Part shown: piece by piece, positions 21,605-32,421 of the stretch
Layout of the letters: every line of letters starts with the position of its first letter
Numbering within the stretch: position 1 is the first letter of the stretch
Origin: a virus
Lineage: Duplodnaviria > Caudoviricetes
DNA length: 64,000 nt
Strand: one strand, 5' to 3'
Virus record (IMG/VR): IMGVR_UViG_2597489865_000010
Coordinates: 13,709 to 77,708 of that record
The notes under the pieces: model-generated
Seen by the model: only the letters and a program-made list of their open reading frames with translations
What the model was told of the DNA's origin: nothing
The model's database searches: none
Translations under genes and position numbers: made by a program

Positions 21605-22380
21605 CGGATTTCCTTGACGTTGTTAATCGTATGGGTCTTGTCGTCATTCCCTTTTCGGGTGGTCATCTTCTTGTCGAAGGCGATGTCGACCTCTCCGGCA
21701 GCGATATTGCTACATTGCCGGATAACCTGACCATCATCGGGTCATTGATAGCACTCGAGTGCGCCAGATTATCGGCACTGCCGGCCGGGCTCAATATCAT
21801 GAACAGCCTCGACCTGCGTAATACGCCGATAACCTCGTTGCCGGCCGATATTGGCGTCGGGCTGGACATCATGCTGGAGAATACCCGTCTGCTATCCCTG
21901 CCAGCCAATCTGGCAGTGGGCGGTGCCCTCGACCTTGAAGGTACGCCCATTGCTGCACTCCCTGCCACGCTGAGTGTTGGTGGTTACCTCAATCTTCGTA
22001 ATACCGCCGTGACCGAACTGCCGGAGGACTGGTGCATCGACGGGCCGCTGCTGCTCGATGTGGAAAAAATATCGAGTCCGCTGGCGTGGCGGCGGGTCCC
22101 TCTTGCCTCACTGACGCCGGATGCCCCCATCCTGCAGGATTATTTTTTGTCCGCAGCGCAAGACGAGACAGTGTCTGGCACGCTGGCAGTGGACGCGCTG
22201 GGTGTTGAGGTTTTTGCCGTCTGGGTGTGCGGGGAAATCCGGGTGTTCGCCGGGCGGCATGTGGCGTCCGCTGCCGGGTTTGACCATCTTGGTGTCTCTA
22301 CCCTATTCCAGCAGGCGGCCCATGAATACGTGGCAGAGCTGTCAGCGCGTTTGAATGCCGGACGGGAGGGTAACCTATGA
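21601..22380 (+). CDS. Leucine-rich-repeat protein, paralog of 10052-10672
   Basis: About six 20-21 aa repeats (LDLRNTPITSLPADIGVG); shared C-terminal VFAxW..G and QAAxExVAEL. Confidence 0.85.
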   Translation: MTDFLDVVNRMGLVVIPFSGGHLLVEGDVDLSGSDIATLPDNLTIIGSLIALECARLSALPAGLNIMNSLDLRNTPITSLPADIGVGLDIMLENTRLLSLPANLAVGGALDLEGTPIAALPATLSVGGYLNLRNTAVTELPEDWCIDGPLLLDVEKISSPLAWRRVPLASLTPDAPILQDYFLSAAQDETVSGTLAVDALGVEVFAVWVCGEIRVFAGRHVASAAGFDHLGVSTLFQQAAHEYVAELSARLNAGREGNL

Positions 22381-23009
22381 CGCTCTCGCTCACCGCGCTC
22401 TGGCGACGCAGCCAGACCCCCTGCGTCTTCACCGATGCCGCAGGCACCCTGTTTGCCAATGCCCCCATGCAACGACTGCTGAGGTGCGACGAACGGGCAT
22501 GCGGCAATGATTCTCCCCTGGTGTCGCTGTTCTTGGCGCAGGAGGCCCAGGCACGGCAGCAACGTCAACCGCTTGGGGTGTTTAACAGCCAGCCCTATGG
22601 CGCCCACGGCATCACGCAGCCCTGGCTGTTCTGCTTTCTTCCCGACGTGGATGATGACGGCGTGTGTCACGACAGCTTTTGCCACGCGCGGCCGTTCCCG
22701 TTCCTGTCGCTACCGGACTATCTCGAAGGCGGGTGTCCCCGACCGGTGGAGGACTGCCCCGTCGACGACAGGTTTACCGACAGGGAGCGGGGCATCATAT
22801 TTTTGTCGTTGCAGCGCCTGAGCAGCAAGCGCATTGGGCTGCGGCTCCAGATATCGCATCGCACGGTAGAAAACTGGTTGCAGGACATCTACCTCAAGCT
22901 CGGTATCCACAATGTCTGGCAGCTGGATGACTATTGTCGCCAGCATGGGCTTATGCACGCCATTCCCCCACAATGGCGACCCCGCGTCAGTCATGTCATT
23001 AACCCGTAG
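22377..23009 (+). CDS. PAS-like + LuxR-HTH transcriptional regulator
   Basis: PCVFTDAAGTLFAN PAS start; FTDRERGIIFLSLQRLSSKRIGLRLQISHRTVENWLQDIYLKLG. Confidence 0.82.
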   Translation: MTLSLTALWRRSQTPCVFTDAAGTLFANAPMQRLLRCDERACGNDSPLVSLFLAQEAQARQQRQPLGVFNSQPYGAHGITQPWLFCFLPDVDDDGVCHDSFCHARPFPFLSLPDYLEGGCPRPVEDCPVDDRFTDRERGIIFLSLQRLSSKRIGLRLQISHRTVENWLQDIYLKLGIHNVWQLDDYCRQHGLMHAIPPQWRPRVSHVINP

Positions 23010-23064
23010 TGCCCGGTACGTGGTCGCCGCTGGCGGCCGCGTATTCGCGGTGAGGCAGACCTGC

Positions 23065-23073
23065 TGGTATGAT
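23065..23073 (+). promoter_or_regulatory. Candidate extended -10 promoter for finO-rpn
   Basis: TG-G-TATGAT, 35 bp upstream of ATG 23109. Confidence 0.4.
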
Positions 23074-23108
23074 ACCCATAAGCACCATCAAGCAAGAGAA
23101 CAAAACCG

Positions 23109-23672
23109 ATGACCGAACCCAAGCGGCCCCTGCTCAGTATCAGGCGCAAGCCGAAAATCTATGTGAACCCGAAGCATGCCGATAAACCCGCGCCGGCGCC
23201 AAAACCGGCGAAGCCGCCCAAGGCCAAGGCACCGAAGCCGGTCAAGGAGCCAAAGCCGAAACAGCCGCCGCCCAGGCCCCTGAGCCGGGAAGAGCGTATC
23301 GCACGGAACCGGGCGAAAAAATTACGTCGGGGTCAGGAGGCCATCGCCAGTCTGGTGGCACATTGGCCGCAACTCTTCAGCCTCGAACAACCGAAGCCGC
23401 TAAAAATTGGCATAGCGGCAGATATTTATAAGGATATCAAGGCGCGTGAACTGGATTTAATCCGCGCCAAAGCCAGCGCGGCGCTGATGTTCTATACGCA
23501 AACGCCAGCCTATCAGCAAGCGGTCCATGCCGGTGGCAGTCGGTTTGACCTTGGCGGGCAGCCTTGTGGTGAGATTACCGAGGAGCAGCAGACCCATGCC
23601 CTGAAGCAGCTGGAAAAATGGCAAGCAGAAACAGAGTCCGCGGAACCATCGGGCGCAGAGCCAACGCCATGA
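23109..23672 (+). CDS. ProQ/FinO-family RNA chaperone
   Basis: WPQLF...PKPLKIGI...Y...RFDLGGQPCGEIT; Lys/Pro-rich N-terminal tail. Confidence 0.88.
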   Translation: MTEPKRPLLSIRRKPKIYVNPKHADKPAPAPKPAKPPKAKAPKPVKEPKPKQPPPRPLSREERIARNRAKKLRRGQEAIASLVAHWPQLFSLEQPKPLKIGIAADIYKDIKARELDLIRAKASAALMFYTQTPAYQQAVHAGGSRFDLGGQPCGEITEEQQTHALKQLEKWQAETESAEPSGAEPTP

Positions 23673-24595
23673 GCAAGAAATTTACCCCGACGCCCCATGA
23701 TACGGTGTTCAGGCAGTTTCTTCACGACAAGGCCACAGCGCAGGATTTTTTTGATATCTGGCTGCCTGATGATATCAAGGCGCTGTGTGACTGGGAGACC
23801 CTGAAGCCTGAGTCCGGCTCCTTTATCGATTCGGACATGAAGCCTTACCAGAGTGATATCCTCTACTCGGTGAACGCCAACGGGGCTGATGGCTATGTCT
23901 ACTGTTTGATAGAGCACCAGTCGACCCCCGACAAGCTGATGGCCTGGCGGTTGATGCGCTATTGCATGGCGGCGATGCAGCGGCATCTGGAAGCCGGGCA
24001 TGATAAACTGCCTCTGGTTTTTCCGGTACTGTTCTACTGCGGCGAAAAAAGCCCGTATCCGTACAGCACTAACTGGCTGGATTGTTTTGAACGGCCTGAT
24101 ATCGCGGCGAAGATTTACAGCCAGCCGTTCCGATTGGCGGATGTGACCACGCTCGGTGATGATGCCATCATGCAGCACCGACGCATGGCGCTACTTGAAC
24201 TCATCCAGAAGCACATTCGCCGCCGGGATATGACGGAGTTGCTGGACAGTATTGTTAAACTGCTGTCGTACAATTATTATACGGATACGCAGGTCATCAC
24301 GATGATGAACTATCTTATCCAGGAGGGTAATGCGGCTTCGCCACGCACGTTCATTACCGAGATAGCCAAACGGGCAGAGAAACACGAGGAGGCGCTTATG
24401 ACCATTGCCGAAGCTCTGAAGCAGGAAGGGAAACAGGAAGGCTATCAGATTGGCCGTGAGGAAGGCATGCAGCAAGGCGAGCATACTGCTGCGATGAAAA
24501 TTGCACGACAGCTTGTCAGTAACGGTGTTGACCGTGTCATTGTTAAAATATCTACCGGCCTTTCTGATCATGAATTGGATAATTTAATACAGTAA
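23669..24595 (+). CDS. Rpn (YhgA-like) recombination-promoting nuclease, intact
   Basis: TPHDTVFRQF, SDILYS, LIEHQS, MTIAEAL..EG..EG; ATGA overlap with finO. Confidence 0.93.
   Translation: MSKKFTPTPHDTVFRQFLHDKATAQDFFDIWLPDDIKALCDWETLKPESGSFIDSDMKPYQSDILYSVNANGADGYVYCLIEHQSTPDKLMAWRLMRYCMAAMQRHLEAGHDKLPLVFPVLFYCGEKSPYPYSTNWLDCFERPDIAAKIYSQPFRLADVTTLGDDAIMQHRRMALLELIQKHIRRRDMTELLDSIVKLLSYNYYTDTQVITMMNYLIQEGNAASPRTFITEIAKRAEKHEEALMTIAEALKQEGKQEGYQIGREEGMQQGEHTAAMKIARQLVSNGVDRVIVKISTGLSDHELDNLIQ
24398..24595 (+). CDS. Putative internally translated small Rpn (RpnS, 65 aa)
   Basis: GAGGAGG at 24386-24392, 5 nt before the in-frame ATG of MTIAE. Confidence 0.65.
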   Translation: MTIAEALKQEGKQEGYQIGREEGMQQGEHTAAMKIARQLVSNGVDRVIVKISTGLSDHELDNLIQ

Positions 24596-24604
24596 GCCAG
24601 GTAA

Positions 24605-24629
24605 TTCAGGCTGATTACGTCAGCCTGAA
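24605..24629 (+). terminator. Perfect 10-bp hairpin after rpn
   Basis: TTCAGGCTGA-TTACG-TCAGCCTGAA; weak U-tail. Confidence 0.5.
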
Positions 24630-24730
24630 GGTGGTTCATTTAATGAAAAATCTATTTCCAAAGGTACAGGTGATCCAGTAAAAGGCGCTAGCAAAAAACA
24701 GTGAATTAAGTGATGGGATTCCCCAATGAA

Positions 24731-26047
24731 GAGCCCGTACCGGATTCTGTGTAAATGCCTTTTCTCAGAAGTGACCGTCCAGACGTTCACCGAACTCGAT
24801 AATAAAGCGGCTCATTGCCATGCGCCAGTCCCTCAAAGGCATTGTCCATTTCTGTGAGGCCGCCTGTATCGCCAGCCACACCACCTTTTTCACTGCGTCG
24901 TCGGTCGGGAACACCTTGCGCTTTTTGATGGCATGCCGGATCACGCTGTTTAACGCCTCGATGGCGTTGGTCGTGTAGATCACCTTGCGGATGTCCGTTG
25001 GGTAGGCAAAGAACGTGGCCAGATTGGCCCAGTTTGCCTGCCAGCTTCGACTTATTTGCGGGTAGCGGATGTTCCAGGCACTGGAGAACGCTTCCAGCGC
25101 CTGCAAGCCGGCTTCTTCCGTAGGGGCCTGATAGATAGCTTTCAGGTCGCGGGTGACGGCCTTGTAGTCCTTCCAGGAGACGAACCGCAGGCTGTTGCGC
25201 ACCATATGCACGATACACAGCTCTGGAGCCGCGCCTCCGGATACACCGCGTTAATAGCGTCAGGGAAACCTTTCAGCCCGTCTACGCAGGCGATAAGGAT
25301 ATCGTTCAGGCCGCGGTTTTTCAGCTCTGTCAGCACGTTCAGTCAGAACTTTGCGCCTTCATTTTCGGCCAGCCACATACCTAGCAACTCTTTCTGGCCT
25401 TCGATGTTGATGCCCAGCGCCAGGAACACAGATTTGTTGATGATGCGGCTGTCCTGCCGGACTTTTAGAACGATACAGTCAAGATAAACAATGGGATAGA
25501 CTGCATCCAGAGGCCGGTTTTGCCATTCAACAACCTGCTCCATGACCGCATCGGTGACCTTTGAGACCAGCGCCGGCGAGACAGCGGCGTCATACAGCTC
25601 TTTGAACGAGGCGGCGATCTCGTGGGTGGTCATCCCTTTGGCGTACAACGATAAAATCTGGTTATCCATCCCGGTAATCCGGGTCTGGTTCTTCTTCACC
25701 AGTTGCGGTTCAAAGGAACCGTCACGATCGCGCGGAGTACGCAGCGCCAGCGGGCCATCGCCAGTGGTAACGGTTTTTGTGGAATAGCCGTTGCGGGCGT
25801 TGGTCCCCGGTTTAGGCTGATTTTTATCGTAGCCGAGGTGATGGGTCATTTCGGCATTGAGAGCTGCTTCGACGCTAATTTTTTTCAGCAGCCGATCGAA
25901 GTGACTGAGATCTTCAGGGGTTTTGAGATTTTTGGCCAGTTCGTTAGCCAGAGCCTGCAACTGTTTTTCGTCCATAAATTAACCTGTTTTTGATGTTGGA
26001 TTGAACATATCAAAATCAGGCAAATACACAAATTTCTAAACAGGCTC
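24731..26047 (-). mobile_element. IS256 family element; transposase 24765-25975 with a stop and a frameshift
   Basis: Both ends present; near-identical to 8030-9345; no TSD. Confidence 0.95.
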
Positions 26048-26108
26048 TAAAATAACAGTGACTCTTCTAGATGATGAAAAAGGCACTCATGCAAATGTCC
26101 GTGCTAAA

Positions 26109-27164
26109 GACCCTGTACACGATTCTGTGTAAATGCCTTTTCTCAGAAGTGACCGTCCAGGCGGTCACCGAACTCGATAATAAAGCGGCTCATTGCCATG
26201 CGCCAGTCCCTCAAAGGCATTGTCCATTTCTGTGAGGCCGCCTGTATCGCCAGCCACACCACCTTTTTCACTGCGTCGTCGGTCGGGAACACCTTGCGCT
26301 TTTTGATGGCATGCCGGATCACGCTGTTTAACGACTCGATGGCGTTGGTCGTGTAGATCACCTTGCGGATGTCCGTTGGGTAGGCAAAGAACGTGGCCAG
26401 ATTGGCCCAGTTTGCCTGCCAGCTTCGACTTATTTGCGGGTAGCGGATGTCCCAGGCACTGGAGAACGCTTCCAGCGCCTGCAAGCCGGCTTCTTCCGTA
26501 GGGGCCTGATAGATAGAGCTTTCAGGTCGCGGGTGACGGCCTTGTAGTCCTTCCAGGAGACGAACCGCAGGCTGTTGCGCACCATATGTACGATACACAG
26601 CTGGAGCCGCGCCTCCGGATACACCGCGTTAATAGCGTCAGGAAAACCTTTCAGCCCGTCTACGCAGACGATAAGGATATCGTTCAGGCCGCGGTTTTTC
26701 AGCTCTGTCAGCACGTTCAGCCAGAACTTTGCGCCTTCATTTTCAGCCAGCCACATACCTAGCAACTCTTTCTGGCCTTCGATGTTGATGCCCAGCGCCA
26801 GGAACACAGATTTGTTGATGATGCGGCTGTCCTGCCGGACTTTTAGAACGATACAGTCAAGATAAACAATGGGATAGACTGCATCCAGAGGCCGGTTTTG
26901 CCATTCGACAACCTGCTCCATGACCGCATCGGTGACCTTTGAGACCAGCGCCGGCGAGACATCGGCGTCATACAGCTCTTGGAACGCGGCGGCGATCTCG
27001 CGGGTGGTCATCCCTTTGGCGTACAACGATAAAATCTGGTTATCCATCCCGGTAATCCGGGTCTGGTTCTTCTTCACCAGTTGCGGTTCAAAGGAACCGT
27101 CACGATCGCGCGGAGTACGCAGCGCCAGCGGGCCATCGCCAGTGGTAACGGTTTTTGTGGAATA
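26109..27164 (-). mobile_element. IS256 family element, frameshifted, left part replaced at an IS21 junction
   Basis: Right end GACCCTGTACACGATTCTGTGTA; similarity ends at 27164. Confidence 0.93.
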
Positions 27165-29759
27165 TGCTGGTTCCGGTCACATCCGATCACTGATTCCGAT
27201 TTCACCCGATCACTAATTCTGATTTCATCCGATCACTGATTCCGGTCGCCCGATCAGCGATTCCGATTCTGTCCGATCGCTCATCTTCTGTTCCGCCATA
27301 CTCTGGAGACTTTTAGCTTCCGGGGGCATGGCACGTAAAAAGAAGAAAGCGAGAACGGAAATGTGCATCTATATTAATGTATTACGTATGAAATTCGAGC
27401 AGCGTCTCTCGAATCGCACTATCGCAGCAGCGCTCGGCATAGGCTGTACTACCGTGCACGATATCCTCGGCCGATTCACGGTAGCTAACCTGGTCTGGCC
27501 ATTGCCGGCGGAACTGTCCCCCGTCGACCTCGACCGCCTGCTCTATCCCGGCAAATCCGGAAAAGTTATCAATACCTTACCCAGCTGGCTTGATATCGAT
27601 ACCGAGTTAAGCCGCAAGGACATGACCAAGCAGCTGCTCTGGATGGAATATCAGTCCGCCGTGGGCGGTGATGCCCTCGGTTACTCACAGTTTTGTGCAC
27701 TGTTCCGTGACTGGAAAAAGAAGTAGCGGCGTTCCATGCGCATGGAGCACAAGGCTGGCGAAAAGCTCTTCATCGATTTCTGTGGCCCCACCGTACCTAT
27801 CGTCAACCCTGCGACCGGTAGCGTACGCCAGGTCGCTATCTTCGTCGCTGCCATGGGCGTGTCAGGCTATGCGTATATCGAAGCCTGCGAAGGCCAGGAC
27901 ATGGCATCGTGGCTCAACGCCAATAGCCGCTGCCTGCACTTCATGGGTGGGGTTCCGGAGCTGATGATACCTGATAATCTGCGCAGCGCTGTCAGCACCC
28001 CTGACCGCTATGAGCCGGTCATAAACCAGAGCTACCAGGCGCTGGCAAATCACTATGAGACAGTGGTGCTACCGGCGCGCCCGAGAAAACCGAAAGACAA
28101 GGCGAAGGCAGAATCAACTGTGCAGCTGGTAGAACGCTGGGTTTTGGCCCGGTTGCGTAAACGTAGGTTCTACTCACTGGCCGAACTCAACCAGGTGATA
28201 CGAGAACTCAATCATGAGTTGAATCTGCGCCCGATGCGTCATTACGGCGGACAAAGTCGCCTTGAACGCTTCGAGCAGCTGGACAAACCGGTTCTTGGGC
28301 CTCTACCGCCCACACAATGGGAATACAGTGAGTATCTCGTTGCCCGAGTGGGACCTGATTACCACATAAACTACGGCAAAAACTGGTACTCGGTGCCACA
28401 TCCGCTGGTTGGCGAGCGCGTTGACGTCATCGCCACCCAACGGCTGGTGCAAATCCACCATAAGGGCGTCTGCGTGGCTACGCACCCTCGCAGCGATAAC
28501 GCCTATAGGCACACGACTCAGGCGGCGCACATGCCGGCTAACCATAAGGGGCAGAGTCAGTGGACGCCGGAAAGGCTGTGCAGTTGGGCGCTGTCGGTGG
28601 GTGTGTGCACACTGAAAGTGGTCGAGTCCATCCAAAAGAGCAAAGCCCATCCGGAGCAGGCTTACCGCTCCGTGCTGGGGCTACTCAATCTGCAACGGCG
28701 CTATGAGACGACGCGACTGGAGAAGGCCTGCGCGCTGGCGTTGGAGAAAGGGTGCATTAACCGCTCTTTCATAGCCAACGTATTGAAACACGGTCGTGAA
28801 AGTGAGGTCACCCAGGACGGAGCCGGCGTATCAATGCTGGTTCACGAAAACCTCCGAAGTCCGGACAGTTATCACTAAGGAGAATAAATATGGATACACT
28901 GTTAATGGCTCTGCGAGAGCTGAAGTTGTCGGCAATGGTCCAGGCGTTGGAGACGCAACGCGAACTCCCGAGGAGTTATGGGGAGCTGGGGTTCGAGGAG
29001 CGGTTGTCGCTAATGGTAGAAGAGGAAAATTTGCATAGAAAAAACAACCATATATGCCGTCTGCGACGGCAATTGCAAATGCGCTTGCAGGCAAAACCGG
29101 AAGATATCCGTTATATCCCTAGCCGAGGAGTGACACCGGAGCAGATGCGAGATCTGCTAGGGGGACAATATCTGAAATATCAGAAAAGCATACTCATCAC
29201 GGGGCCGACAGGTACGGGCAAAACCTGGCTCAGTTGTGCGCTTGGTGAGCAGGCATGCCGGCAGCAATATAGCGTGCGTTACTGGCGAGTGGGTCGGTTG
29301 CTGGCCCATCTTCACCAGTGTCAGGTAGACGGGACCTATCTAAAACAGCTTAAGTAGTTAGAAAAAATAGAGTTACTGATCTTGGACGACGTGGGCCTAG
29401 AATCAATAAGTCCGATGCAGGCAACGATGCTGTTGGAGGTGATGGAAGATCGCTACGACAAAAGCAGCAGCATCCTGATCAGTCAACTGCCGGTGAAAAA
29501 ATGGTATGGACTGATAGAAAACCCCACGACAGCTGACGCGTTACTCGATCGGTTAGTACACCCCAGCTATAGACTGGAACTTAAAGGCGAATCACTACGC
29601 AAAGAGCAAGGAGTAGCCAGCACAGGAAAAATAGACTAAACCCGAGTCAGAAGATGAGCGAACACGTGATCGAATATCACTGGAATGGGTGATCGGAAAA
29701 TATCGGAATAACTGATCGGATGTCGCCGGAACAGCTGATCGGATACGTCGGAATCTGCA
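27165..29759 (+). mobile_element. IS21 family element; istA 27328-28878 and istB 28890-29639 each carry a TAG
   Basis: TG...CA ends with multiple internal repeats; GPTGTGKT and DALLDRL in IstB; no TSD. Confidence 0.95.
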
Positions 29760-29821
29760 AGGCGTCGGCCATTGGGCGTGGCGGCGCAGTGAATGATGAT
29801 GCGATGAATGACGCGGGACAT
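29760..29821 (-). pseudogene. 5' stub of an N-acetylmuramoyl-L-alanine amidase (phage lysin)
   Basis: MSRVIHRIIIHCAATPNG; follows mor as in Mu-like late operons; cut by IS21. Confidence 0.7.
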
Positions 29822-29903
29822 AAAAAAACCTCATGCAGAACATGAGGCTATTGTGGCGAAAGGCGGCCGGCGGTGCCGGTAACGGGGGCGTAGAGGGTAA
29901 TAC

Positions 29904-30348
29904 TCAGAACAGGGTGGGTTGCTCGGGCGGTGGTCCCGCCTGACGCTGGCGCACCAGTTCGCGGGCGCGGGTCGCGGCGATGCCATAGCGCGGGCACAAT
30001 AGCGTCAGGGCCATGGTGGTGGACTCCCCCCTGCGCCCGCAGCCGGTCCAGCTCAGCCAGGAAGCAGCGGTTACGCCAGGCCATGTCACAGCGGGGGATA
30101 TACAGCTCCTCGCCGCCAAAATGGCGCATCAGCAGCGCCACCTGCGAGGGCGTCAGGACGTCTTGCAGCAGGACAATGCGTCGCTCCCCCGCGCCACGCA
30201 ACCCCTTGCCGATGCGAAACGGCACCCCGCCGAAATGGCGAATAAGCGACTCGGTGGCTGGGAAGCCTATCAGGCCGGCAATCTGCTGCACCGACTCTGG
30301 CAGCAATGCCTGCACCTCAGCGTAATCCGGCTGCAGCGACGGTTGCAT
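29904..30348 (-). pseudogene. mor: Mor/C-family transcription activator, frameshifted near 30030
   Basis: LLPESVQQIAGLIGFPAT...HFGGEELYIPRC; C-terminal HTH in ORF 29904-30119. Confidence 0.85.
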
Positions 30349-30743
30349 CACAGCCTCCCGTGCCGTTTGGCGTCCATAATCAGCATTTGCATCAGCCGGC
30401 ACACCTGCGCATCATCGAGCCATTCTACGGGCTTTTTTCCGCCCAGCATACGCGCAATCATGCCATCGAGGTAGCCCCAGGGCCGCCCGGCGCTGGCGAG
30501 CAGCGCCTCAATTTTGCTGAGCATCCCCTGACGTCCTGCCGCCACACGCGGCTTGCGGCCCTGTTTGGGTAACGAGGTAAAGCCCTGACGGCGCATATAG
30601 CGCACCACCCGCGCCAGCTCGGCGGCAGTACACTCCTTGGCGCTTTGCTTACCGGTCTCGCGCAGCAGGACGCCCCGGTAGGTCTCTTCATCCCAGCCGA
30701 GTGTATTTTTACCCGTGTGCACAATTTTAATCAGATTTTTCAT
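30348..30743 (-). CDS. gemA: Mu GemA/gp16 (DUF1018) family protein
   Basis: LIKIVHTGKNTLGWDEETYR...TGKQSAK...KIEALL...PWGY. Confidence 0.85.
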   Translation of the reverse strand: MKNLIKIVHTGKNTLGWDEETYRGVLLRETGKQSAKECTAAELARVVRYMRRQGFTSLPKQGRKPRVAAGRQGMLSKIEALLASAGRPWGYLDGMIARMLGGKKPVEWLDDAQVCRLMQMLIMDAKRHGRL

Positions 30744-31469
30744 GAGCATCACTCCGAAGGTTAACCGCATGATGATGGTGTCCCGGCGAATGCCTCTCCC
30801 TCTCACTGAAGAAAGACACTGGGGGCAATAACCCCAGTGCGGTCAAGGCGCGCTGGCATTGGGCTAGTTGGTATTCGGTTACTGACGCATAAGACGTGCC
30901 CTCATCAGGAAATAATCGTTGCCAGGCGGCATGCGCTATCTTGACCTGGTGCAGCGCATCGGCCAGCGCATGATGCTTTTCCCCGTCAAACGGGATAGCG
31001 CGCACATCAATGCCTGACAGCCGTACCAGGGTGCGCAGGTCGGCGACATCCCTGAATGACCAGGGGTAGCGGTCATTGCCCTGTCGTCTTTTTGCGGGTC
31101 AACGCGGTCGAACCAGCTTTGCAGCAGGGCAATATCGAATACCGCGCCGTTACTCCAGGGCACACAGGGCTTGGCGCAGTGGGTGGAGATGAACGTCCGC
31201 AAGGCGCGCGCCACAACATCGGGACGCGCCTTACCGCCAAAGGCTTCGTGACGGGCGTCATCGCTCTGTTTTTGCCACCACAGCAGGGTCTCTTCCTCTG
31301 GCTGGCCGTATTGGATTGCGGCCTGATAATCGATACGCGCATAAAACGTCTGTCCAACCAGCCCCGTTGCCGGCTCAAACATCACCGCCGCCACCGACAA
31401 TATCGGGCAACCGGCTTTTTTACCCAGCGTTTCGATATCGAGCATCACGTTATTCATGGGTCTGTTCAT
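30727..31469 (-). pseudogene. Phage 3'-5' exonuclease (DEDDh, exonuclease VIII N-domain-like), frameshifted
   Basis: VMLDIETLG, WSNGAVFD, HHALADA in a second frame. Confidence 0.82.
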
Positions 31470-31594
31470 GATTTTTCCTCAATGCTGTTTTTTATAAAGC
31501 ATGACCGCCTGTTTCATTTGCTGCCGAATAGCATCTGAATAAATCATGCATTGCCGCGCGTCATAAAAACGCAGGCTGAAGGGCAGCGGGACGA

Positions 31595-32421
31595 GGCTTT
31601 GTTGAATAAATCGAACTTTTAGGTGACTGGCGGCTCTGATCACTACATTCGTTTTAACATCAGGTCCCCATGGCAAAGCAAAAGTTTAAAATCACCAACT
31701 GGCCCGCATACAACAATGCGCTCAGGCAGCGGGGAGACCTGACAGTACGGCTTGATGAGTCAGCCATTGCTGCATGGACTGAGAGTACACCACCTGAACA
31801 TCGTGGCCGGCCGCTTCACTACACCGATATGGCCATTACCACGGTTCTGATGATAAAGCGCGTGTTTAACCTTTCGCTCCGGGCGTTACAGGGTTTCGTT
31901 GACGCGATTTTTAAACTGATGGGGCTGTCGCTGCGCTGCCCAGATTACTCTCTGGTCAGCCGGCGAGCAAAAACCGTCGACATCAGCATAAAAACGCCAA
32001 CCCGCGGCGAAATCTCACACCTGGTCATCGATGGCACCGGCCTGAAAATCTTCGGCGAAGGCGAATGGAAAGTCAGGCAGCATGGGGCTGAGAGGCGCAG
32101 AGTATGGCGCAAGCTTCATCTGGCAGTAGATAGCGCGACACATGAAATTATCTGTGCCGATTTATCGCTAAGCGGTACGACAGATGCGCAGGCGCTGCCC
32201 GGGCTGATTAACCAAACCCACCGGAAAATCAGGGAAGCGTCGGCTGACAGTGCTTACGATACGCGTTACTGTCATGATGCTCTGCTGAGGAAAAAAATAA
32301 AGCCGCTTATCCCACCGCGAAGTGGTGCGCAATATTGGCCAGCTCGATACCATAAGCGTAACCATGCGGTGGCAAATCAGCATCTGAGCGGCAATAACGA
32401 TACCTGGAAAAAGAAAGTAGG
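31595..32421 (+). mobile_element. IS903-like element truncated by IS256
   Basis: IRL at 31595; transposase ends at WKKKVG where IS256 begins. Confidence 0.93.

Noticed and set aside
26048-26108. 61-bp AT-rich spacer between two IS256 copies, possibly composite-transposon cargo
   Set aside because: Too short to assign and no shared TSD; most likely a leftover gene fragment
27165-27290. Periodic CCGATCAC repeats (also 21140-21233, 29665-29759, 38154-38250, 40640-40754) resembling a CRISPR array or iterons
   Set aside because: They are IS21 terminal transposase-binding repeats, the same in each copy, with no unique spacers and no cas genes
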